Assembly: GCA_020137815.1 (NCBI GenBank)
Contig: CM035351.1
Span: 6,510,001-6,574,000, forward strand
Length of the DNA stretch: 64,000 nt
Reading direction: 5' to 3'
DNA from: Hormiphora californensis
Lineage: Eukaryota; Animalia; Ctenophora
The translations under genes were made by a program, and so were the position numbers. Positions 35,630 through 43,940 of this stretch are shown here, piece by piece. Each line of letters begins with the position of its first letter. Position 1 is the first letter of the stretch. The notes below the pieces were generated by a model. The model saw only the letters and a list, made by a program, of their open reading frames with translations, searched no databases and was not told where the DNA came from.

Positions 35630-36928
35630 TTATACAATAAAGAACTGACGGTTTTTGTTAACTTCAATAATTTGTTCATACCAAGCCAAAACAATAACCA
35701 CCAAATCTTCAGTTGGCTCCCGAAGCATTTCCAAAGATAAACTAACATTCCCACTTCGTCCCAAGTTTAACCCATGTTGATTCTGCGTTTTGTCTTGCGT
35801 TAGATCAAAAGCCAATGCAGGATAAACTCGGTAATGGTGACAAACCAAAGAATCTGCTTTGCTACCAGTTTCCAGAACAAATTCAGCCAGCATATTTGTC
35901 TCTAAATGATCGGTCATTTCCAAAGCTCGGGGAAAATGCTCTTTTCCATTGACATAAAGTTGAGCTGATTTTACTAAACGGAGAGAATAGGGATTTTTAC
36001 TACGCTTATTTCCAATGAGAGCATTTCTATCTTGTACACAGACGAGAAAGAAATAAGGTAGTGGTCCATTAAGGAGATTATCAATTTGAATGTTGGTGGT
36101 TCCATTTGAAACTGGGAAGGTAGTCATGATTTTCTTATCTGCATGATAAATCGCCCTTTCTTTTACAAGTCGTCTTTCTATAGCAGAAATAATAGCATCT
36201 CTAGGGCGCTGGAAAGTACATCTTAGAATTACTTTGTTGAAATGAACTTCATCAGTGTTAGTATCAGCCGCCAGGAGAATATAACCAGAGTTGTTTTTCG
36301 TTAACTTCACATGGTACGTTACCTCCGATGGAAGAAGTTTTCCTTGCTTGAACAAAGGTATATTGAACTCCGATCTCAGGTAAACTTTCTTACCCTCTTC
36401 AATAACTTTAGCTCTTTCTTGGCCACTTGCATTTTTGGGGCTTCCTGTTGTTGGATAGAAGACCAAGTTTTCACTTCCGTCTTTATCGCCCACAGTATCA
36501 AGGAGCAATCCTTCTCTCCTCTTAATCAAAGGTTTCGAATCGTGACTGTTGTGAATAACATCATCCCAGAACTTGAACATCCCGTAGGCATTCTCATAAG
36601 ATTGAACTAACGGTACACCGCCAACCTCAACCTCAACATTCCTCCACAAACTTGCAGCAAGATGTGGTGCAGTTGACACATTTTGATCAGCTGCTGGATT
36701 TGTCCCAGTTGCTGTAAGAACCCGAAGTTCTGTGAAAATGTCAACACTTTCCAACATGAAACTTTCCATAGATGGGATTGTAAAATTTATTTCATCAGAG
36801 TACTCAAGTGAGTTGGAGGGATAAACATCTACCCATTTTGTCTCTACAATGGCTGCCTGGGTGGGCTGAGGATCCCATAGATGTAGTTGAGAGGGAAATC
36901 CCTCTGCAGACTTAATATACTTAGTCAT
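35630..36928 (-). CDS. Polinton/Maverick/adintovirus-type double-jelly-roll major capsid protein (~432 aa from the ATG at 36928)
   Basis: N-terminus SQLHLWDPQPTQAAIVETKWVDVYP...INFTIP, then SLWRNVEVEVGG, PLFKQGKLLP, NPYSL, LAFDLT and GNVSLSLE...VIVLAWYEQIIEV, all matching the Maverick MCP (PY/hexon-like, F54H12.2-like) pattern. Confidence 0.85.
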   Translation of the reverse strand: MTKYIKSAEGFPSQLHLWDPQPTQAAIVETKWVDVYPSNSLEYSDEINFTIPSMESFMLESVDIFTELRVLTATGTNPAADQNVSTAPHLAASLWRNVEVEVGGVPLVQSYENAYGMFKFWDDVIHNSHDSKPLIKRREGLLLDTVGDKDGSENLVFYPTTGSPKNASGQERAKVIEEGKKVYLRSEFNIPLFKQGKLLPSEVTYHVKLTKNNSGYILLAADTNTDEVHFNKVILRCTFQRPRDAIISAIERRLVKERAIYHADKKIMTTFPVSNGTTNIQIDNLLNGPLPYFFLVCVQDRNALIGNKRSKNPYSLRLVKSAQLYVNGKEHFPRALEMTDHLETNMLAEFVLETGSKADSLVCHHYRVYPALAFDLTQDKTQNQHGLNLGRSGNVSLSLEMLREPTEDLVVIVLAWYEQIIEVNKNRQFFIV

Positions 36929-36953
36929 AGTTACTCCTCTGTCCCATTGCAAG

Positions 36954-36962
36954 CCTTTTATA
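36954..36962 (-). promoter_or_regulatory. Candidate TATA box for the MCP gene
   Basis: TATAAAAGG on the minus strand, beginning ~34 nt upstream of the MCP ATG, in a 36-nt intergenic gap. Confidence 0.55.
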
Positions 36963-36964
36963 GT

Positions 36965-37276
36965 TTATGATAACTGACCATATCTTCTTTTTCCAAGCTT
37001 GTTAGTAAGTTTATTAGTTCCAGTCTCAATTTGCTTTGCTGCATAATTACTAGCTGCTCCGACAAGCTGATGTCCAGCTTCTTGTAAACCGGGTTTTGCT
37101 ATTTCAAATCCTTGTTTTAGAATAGTCTTCCCGATTGGAATTACAGTTTTGAATATTTTTTTCAAAAAACCTCCTATTCCAGCACCTGATTGATTCGAAT
37201 AGACACCGAGTTCCCGTGAAAGTGCTTGGTCGTAGACTGCGGGATTGGGAGTAACATCGACATAAGGCACACGCAT
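36965..37276 (-). CDS. Small Polinton core/membrane-active protein (QxGxG site + amphipathic helix; adenovirus pX/pVI-like)
   Basis: NQSGAGIGGFLKKIFKTVIPIGKTILKQG resembles the QxGxGLGxxFxxLFR..P motif of small Maverick/adintovirus proteins; lies immediately upstream of the MCP. Confidence 0.7.
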   Translation of the reverse strand: MRVPYVDVTPNPAVYDQALSRELGVYSNQSGAGIGGFLKKIFKTVIPIGKTILKQGFEIAKPGLQEAGHQLVGAASNYAAKQIETGTNKLTNKLGKRRYGQLS

Positions 37277-37302
37277 GATTGATTATTTTTTAGCTGTAAG
37301 TC

Positions 37303-37314
37303 CTATATATATAT
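37303..37314. promoter_or_regulatory. Candidate bidirectional TATA element between the divergent gene pairs
   Basis: (TA)6 run in the 78-nt gap between ATGs at 37276 (-) and 37355 (+). Confidence 0.4.
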
Positions 37315-37354
37315 AGCCTGGATGTTCATCAAATGATCATCGTCGTCATTTGTC

Positions 37355-37789
37355 ATGGAGTGTATGTATTGCAATCGAATGTTTTCAACTAAACACAGCC
37401 TGGCTACACATAAGAGCCGATACCACAATACTGATTTCCGATCGGAATGCGAGAGCAATGAATCGTTAATCATGTTAATGATGAAAGCAGTTCTAGATGG
37501 GGATATTGTACTAACAACGGCGGAAAAGGAACGGTTAAAGCCAGCTAGGGAAAGTATACGGAAAATTGTTGATTGCGAAAAAAGCCTCAGCGAAGTATTT
37601 GACAAAAATCTTGAGCTAGCAATCAAACTGATCATTAAATTGGTCAAACAAAAGTTTCCCACCCTAATATTCGACAGTCCGAGTAAGTCGTACAATTCAC
37701 CTGGTGATCCCGATTCAACTTCAAGTGAAGAATACGATTCTGAAGGCAGAAGCGACAGTTCAAGGGAGAGTTCTGGGCACAGTAATTAG
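37355..37789 (+). CDS. C2H2 zinc finger fused to a Maverick core-protein-like (PW/pVII-like) helical domain and an acidic Ser-rich tail
   Basis: CMYC..F.....L..H....H finger; MMKAVLDGDIVLTTAEKERLKPARESIRKIV resembles the NxLxGxVxLTxxxKxxLKxxxxxLRxL motif of small Maverick core proteins. Confidence 0.6.
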   Translation: MECMYCNRMFSTKHSLATHKSRYHNTDFRSECESNESLIMLMMKAVLDGDIVLTTAEKERLKPARESIRKIVDCEKSLSEVFDKNLELAIKLIIKLVKQKFPTLIFDSPSKSYNSPGDPDSTSSEEYDSEGRSDSSRESSGHSN

Positions 37790-37826
37790 TATTTAAGTAC
37801 ATATAATAAGTCAATACAAAAGAAAG

Positions 37827-38243
37827 ATGGATGTAATCGTATGCAGTAATGAACAAAATCCCGCCAACTTCACGGTTGAGCTAGAAGAAGCTCTTGATCT
37901 ATCTAAAATGTATCAAGTTGCAATAAAAAGTATATCGATTGCAACTCCATCAAATGATGACTTACCTGCGGGAAGGAAATTAGGACTTATCTACTCTAAT
38001 ATGGTTCATCCCACAAACGTAAATCATGAAAAGCGGAGATTTATGGGTATCTTCCCGTTTGGACTGAATGAGGGCTACAATCATCACGAGTTTACTAACC
38101 CAACATACAGAACTGTCTCTCGCTCAGCTATAATTGAAATGGAATTCGATATACGCAATGTCAAAAATCAAGATTTAAAATTTTCAAATGAGATTATACA
38201 GGACTTCCCGACTGTGATAGCGTTGCATTTTCGAGAAATTTAA
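37827..38243 (+). CDS. Polinton-type minor capsid (penton, single jelly roll), unusually compact at 138 aa
   Basis: NFTVELEEALDL...YQVAIKSISI, IYSNMV.P..V, FTNPTYRTV...IEMEFDIRN and terminal IALHFREI match the Maverick PX/penton pattern. Confidence 0.75.
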   Translation: MDVIVCSNEQNPANFTVELEEALDLSKMYQVAIKSISIATPSNDDLPAGRKLGLIYSNMVHPTNVNHEKRRFMGIFPFGLNEGYNHHEFTNPTYRTVSRSAIIEMEFDIRNVKNQDLKFSNEIIQDFPTVIALHFREI

Positions 38244-38285
38244 TTTTAAAATATAAATTTGAATAACCCTTAAAAAACGAGTTGC

Positions 38286-38715
38286 TTGTTTGTCTCTACC
38301 TCTAAAATGACCTTAAAATGATCATTCATGATCATTAATGATCATTCACTGTCACTGAATGATCATTCATGATTACTTCATAATATGCCGAGTGACGTCA
38401 TATTCCCTCTGTATTCACACGGCCAACCCTGTGGCCCTTGTCAGCGTTTTACTATTATCGAGTCTATTGCTAGGTTGCGAACAAGCTTATTTTATCTCCA
38501 AGATCAAAAATTGTTATCGGAGCACAAAAAAGTGCTCATTTTAAGTGCTCACACTCGGTGGCCCTTGTCAGCGCAATATTTCATCTAGCCAGCGCAACAT
38601 GTTAAGAAATATTCACGGTGCACAGGTGTTTCATATCACGTTACTTGTGACGTCATGAGGCAGTTTCCCCCTGTTCGCGTCAAAAAGGGGTCCCTACTGT
38701 GCACACTATACTACT
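38286..38715 (-). repeat. Right terminal inverted repeat of the mini-Polinton
   Basis: Reverse complement of 35149-35578. Confidence 0.95.
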
Positions 38716-39006
38716 AGGGAGATACTAGGAAAGGTCGATTTTAATATCCCCCACCCTCGATGACACTATCTTCCTCCGAACTAAATTGGGATTACGAGCC
38801 ATGATCATCATCATGGGCAAACCTTAAATCTTGTCAATTTCGAGTTTTAATTGGTAGCAAAGATGAAATTGACAAGTTCGTGGGTGTCATTTAATTGGAA
38901 GGGAGCTGGGAATGAAGGAGAGAACAGGGCTGAGAATGATGGAACCCGGCTGTCCAACCCTTAATGAGAGATAGAGAGGGGAGAGAGAGAGATAGAGATA
39001 GATCGA

Positions 39007-39077
<71 letters not shown>

Positions 39078-39574
39078 CAATACTACACGTGGGAAGGGAG
39101 CAACTCAAATCAATTCGTTTTTAATGCATGTGTCAAACCAGCGAAGTATAGGAGCTAGATAATTGCAACAAGTTTATAACCTAAGCTGTCAAAACCAGGC
39201 TTTCCACCCTTTCTTGTTGACAATATTGTGTCCCGTCCCTATTTTCTATAATTTATCAAAATACACTTGAGACAAGATCAATTTAAATAATAATATTATG
39301 ATAACAGGAACGCCCATATTCCACAGTACCAGATCAGCAATATAATTGACACTGAACTGCAGAATAATCAGAGCGGTATTTATCCTAAAATATATAAAAG
39401 ATACTGAAACTTTATAAACTCAACTTTGCGGCATAACTAATGATGCGTGGAACTGAAAGTACAGAATTAACGGCACAAGACCCCCATAACAAGGAGGAAG
39501 GATTATTCGAAATAAGGGCAAATCTCAATGATATTATGGGTAGTAAGGTTAATGTCAAGGATCATCACGAAGTC

Positions 39575-39609
<35 letters not shown>

Positions 39610-39634
39610 CTCTCTGATCTCTCTCTCTCTCTCT

Positions 39635-39702
<68 letters not shown>

Positions 39703-40575
39703 CCTCTCTCGCCAGGTTTGGTGATTGGTGTTTGGGCAAGAAGAGCTAACACAAACACACGACTACTTGTACATAGGGGGATTAACATGCAATTTAGCCG
39801 GAGAAATCAACCAACACAGAATACTAAGGAAGGTAACGTAAGCAGGCCAAGGAGGAGGGAGGAGAATTCTTAGCAGGATTAGAGCTCTGATCACCAGCTA
39901 GGGGGGGGGGACACAATGAACAGGGCCACGTGTAAACTGGGTAACAGTGTTTTCCAAGTGGGTGAAGAGGCGTGGGAACCTCTTCATCTTCTAGTCCAAG
40001 TTATTATATCTTGTGTGGTGAAGCCTGATTAATGAGCCACTAGTAGTAGCTCCCCCCCCCCTCAACTAGGAGCCATTTACTATGTAAACAAATATATCCT
40101 CAACAACCAACGGGGTGAGCAGCGGGTAAACAGTCATGCAATTACGTTGATGACGGGACGCAACCCCTCCACCAATCACAGGTCAGTACAAGAATCACGT
40201 GATTGGAGGGGACCAATCACAGCCCTGTATTAGGGTCACGTGCCAGTGAAAGAAAGATAACGATAGTGTTCTGTAGACCAGGCGCTACTCTAATAATTGG
40301 TAGGAATAGCAGAAAGGGGCACATTATACTGCAGGATAATATTGGACTACCTTGCTCCTCACCAGCGGAATATTGCTGATTGCGGATATAATGAGAATGC
40401 CAGCCCCTACCAAACAATGCTTGTATCTTAATAACTAACAAAATCCCCCCCCCCCCATGCAACGGGTATATCCAGTAGGCACCATACCAATTCCATTGAC
40501 ATTCTCATTACTTCTTATTCAAAGCACCCTCCAACCCCATCATCCTCCTGATTTCAGAAGATAATAGAAACTCCA

Positions 40576-42215
40576 CACGGTGCACCAGAAGGATCGTCAA
40601 CCCAAAGTTGAGCCCACAAAACAAACTTTTGTTGGGGGTGACCCAGGAGGCCTTCCTGAACATCCCCACGGTGAGAAAAGTATATGTTATCGGGGGAAAT
40701 TTTTGTCAAAATCGAAAAAACTGGTTTTTGGTCCAAATTTGTGCATAACTTACTTGACTGCCGTTTGATGAAATATCTGATTGACATAAAATAAGTATAC
40801 AAGACCTATTTTTGCACGAGGAATCGATTGCCGGTGGAGAGAAATCTCTAAAATGACCGGAAAATTGTCAAATATGGGAATTTTGTCATTTTTTTGAGGT
40901 TTTTGGCCCTTTAACCATTGAAAACGTTGAGATAGGAAGTTGGCAATAGCGCCAATCGTTAAAATGGTCATTTTTCTACGGGATCCCAAAATTTCATGTA
41001 TATCCGATTCATGGTTAGATTTTGGCAAACTATTGAGATGTGCTTACTGAAAAAAGGATAACTTGATTTTCTCGTTTTTTGCGATTTTTTAACTTTTGAA
41101 AGAATTCTGATTGAAATGGCCAATCAGGGCCATGCTAAAGTTGTTTATGGGACAATTTTCGACCAAAATCCAAGATTTCATGCAAATCCAATGACAGATC
41201 ATTGATCTATAGAAAGTTGAAATAGGCAAAAAAGGCCAATTTTTACCATGAAAACAAAAATACACATTTTTTTCTTGTCAATTTCCATCAACAACTGGTA
41301 CCCTACCTATTTTTGCACGTAGAATCGATTGCCGGTGGAGTGGATCCTCTTAAATGATTGGAAAAGCGGTCAAAATGCCATTTTTTGGAGGTCCAAAAAC
41401 TTCCAAAAAATGACATTTCGACCGCTTTCCAATCATTTAAGAGGATCCACTCCACCGGCAATCGATTCTACGTGCAAAAAATAGGTAGGGTGCCAGTTGT
41501 TGATGGAAATTGACAAGAAAAAAATGTGTATTTTTGTTTTCATGGTAAAAATTGGCCTTTTTTGCCTATTTCAACTTTCTATAAATCAATGATCTGTCAT
41601 TGGATTTGCATGAAATCTTGGATTTTGGTCGAAAATTGTCCCATAAACAACTTTAGCATGGCCCTGATTGGCCATTTCAATCAGAATTCTTTCAAAAGTT
41701 AAAAAATCGCAAAAAACGAGAAAATCAAGTTATCCTTTTTTCAGTAAGCACATCTCAATAGTTTGCCAAAATCTAACCATGAATCGGATATACATGAAAT
41801 TTTGGGATCCCGTAGAAAAATGACCATTTTAACGATTGGCGCTATTGCCAACTTCCTATCTCAACGTTTTCAATGGTTAAAGGGCCAAAAACCTCAAAAA
41901 AATGACAAAATTCCCATATTTGACAATTTTCCGGTCATTTTAGAGATTTCTCTCCACCGGCAATCGATTCCTCGTGCAAAAATAGGTCTTGTAGACTTAT
42001 TTTATGTCAATCAGATATTTCATCAAACGGCAGTCAAGTAAGTTATGCACAAATTTGGACCAAAAACCAGTTTTTTCGATTTTGACAAAAATTTCCCCCG
42101 ATAACATATACTTTTCTCACCGTGGGGATGTTCAGGAAGGCCTCCTGGGTCACCCCCAACAAAAGTTTGTTTTGTGGGCTCAACTTTGGGTTGACGATCC
42201 TTCTGGTGCACCGTG
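40576..42215. mobile_element. 1.64-kb foldback (near-perfect palindrome), non-autonomous Chapaev/CMC-like DNA transposon
   Basis: CACGGTG...CACCGTG termini, ~815-bp arms meeting near 41395, 4-bp TSD TCCA at 40572-40575 and 42216-42219. Confidence 0.8.
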
Positions 42216-43201
42216 TCCACCATTGTTCTGCCCGATTCTCCAGTCGCCAAATAAGACACAGTCGACACGCGGGCTAGTTTAATATTGGTAGCAACGGGTA
42301 TATATTTATACCGTGTTGACTCCAAAAATCCCACCTAGTATAGTCGTCCCCCCCCCCCCCCAATAGAATGATGAATTGAACGGTTTTCCAACTAAGTGAG
42401 AACGGTATTTGATGAAATGTAGCTAGTCCGTATAATAGTGCTCTCACTCTCCCTCACTCTCTCTCTATCTCAACCTAACTCTCACTCACTCTCTAAGCGA
42501 GAAAGGGTGCAACTCTAACTACCCACAATACGCGAACCGCGGCAATTGGGGGTTAGGGGGTGGCAAACCGCAGAGGGAGATCCATGAGCCATTAAACATG
42601 TCACGTGACTATAACACAGACCACAACTATCCTACTTGAGCTGCTGCTGATTTGTGAGTATGCTCCATCTCCCTCCCTCCAATACCTCTGATTGTTTTAT
42701 TCCATCCCAGTACCAAAATTGGATTGTATCACACGTTTGAGTAAACAGAGCAGGTCGGGGCAATATGTTCAAGAGGTGAAAGAGTGAACCAGGCTGATTG
42801 GAAATTCACACAAACCAGTAGATAGTATATAATGGTACCAACAAGTCGGGAAATGGAGGGGGTATTACAGCCACTAGGCACTAACAATATAATGGACCCC
42901 TCATTCACAAAGTGCAGCCCCCCTCTCCACACGCCAAGTAGTGCCCCGTGTATTAACTTAGTAAAAGGCTTTTAACGCGTGATCCCCTGAAGCGTTGAGC
43001 CCTCTCCCTGCTCACATTGAGTGACAAGACAATTAACAAAGCTTTAATAGCCTCCCTCTCCATTGACCACACGAAGTGTTCAATCACCCATTCTGTCTGG
43101 AGGACACCTTCAAATCTTAGTACCCCATTACCATGAAGTGCATCAAGGGTGAAGCTATTTTGATACTGGGAACATCAAACTTCCATCTCATGCCTCTACT
43201 T

Positions 43202-43379
43202 GAAGGAGTTTACCCTCCCGAACCCGAAGCCACCTATAATGGAACCTGTCCTGTGGGCAGTTCCTGATGGTGGGGGAGGGGAGGGGGGCTATTCTCCTAG
43301 TGCCGGCGATATCGCTTTGCGATAGTCCCCTGTGGGCTTGCCGTTGGCAAGCCCAGGCACTCCGTAGATAGATAGATAG
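43202..43379 (+). mobile_element. 5'-truncated non-LTR retroposon with 3' hairpins and a (TAGA)n tail
   Basis: 12-bp TSD ATGCCTCTACTT at 43190-43201 and 43380-43391; hairpin GGGCTTGCC-GTT-GGCAAGCCC; TAGATAGATAG tail. Confidence 0.7.
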
Positions 43380-43418
43380 ATGCCTCTACTTCGGATCCCT
43401 GTAAATTCTCAGTCTTAA

Positions 43419-43940
43419 GGGGGGGGGGGGGGGGGCGTCACCTTTTATTTTGCCCATATTTGCCCATATTTGCCCATATGGGCAAAAGTGAATTTTCAAA
43501 AATTGTGGGACTTTGGGCAAAATGGGCAAAAATGGGCAAAAAAATAACTCCTGCACCTTACATCATAGATAGGTTTATAGCCACTATAAACGAAGCAGAA
43601 TTTCACGCTGAGGAAGATGCTTGAATTTATTTTGTTCTAGGACGTTTCTAAAACCCATTAAAGCCAAAAAACCTAAAAAACCTAAAAAAATCCTAAATTT
43701 AGGATTTGACCACTAAAAACAATTTGACTACTAATTAGACACCAAAGACCATTCTGAACGAGTTTTTAAGAGATGACATCAAGGTATAGAGTTGAAAAAA
43801 CGACATATAACACTGAAAATTTCATTTTGCCCATTTTTGCCAATTTTTGCCCATTTTTGCCCATTTTGCCCATATGGGCAAAACCAAAATTCGCTGGGAT
43901 TATGGGCAATGGGCAAAAAAAAAGGTGACGCCCCCCCCCC
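43419..43940. mobile_element. MITE with poly-G/poly-C termini (Mutator- or Merlin-like)
   Basis: G(n)CGTCACCTTTT...AAAAGGTGACGC(n); 8-9 bp TSD (C)AGTCTTAA at 43410-43418 and 43941-43949; subterminal TTTGCCCAT repeats. Confidence 0.8.

Larger units (their letters stand above)
35149..38715. mobile_element. Miniature Polinton/Maverick-type element carrying only virion-module genes
   Basis: Termini AGTAGTATAG...CTATACTACT; 430-bp TIRs (35149-35578 and 38286-38715) that appear identical; 6-bp TSD AGGGAG at 35143-35148 and 38716-38721; four intact ORFs resembling Polinton capsid and core proteins. Confidence 0.9.

Noticed and set aside
37303-37695. 130-aa minus-strand ORF inside the mini-Polinton
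   Set aside because: Antisense shadow of the zinc-finger ORF with no motif support.
35149-38715. Contaminating free virus or phage contig misassembled into the window
   Set aside because: An exact 6-bp TSD and continuous host sequence across the empty site indicate true integration.
40554-42334. Duplicated 62-103 aa ORFs
   Set aside because: Products of the foldback arms, with no transposase motifs.
43335-43372. Helitron 3' end
   Set aside because: The hairpin is not followed by CTRR, and the 12-bp TSD with a TAGA tail fits retroposition instead.
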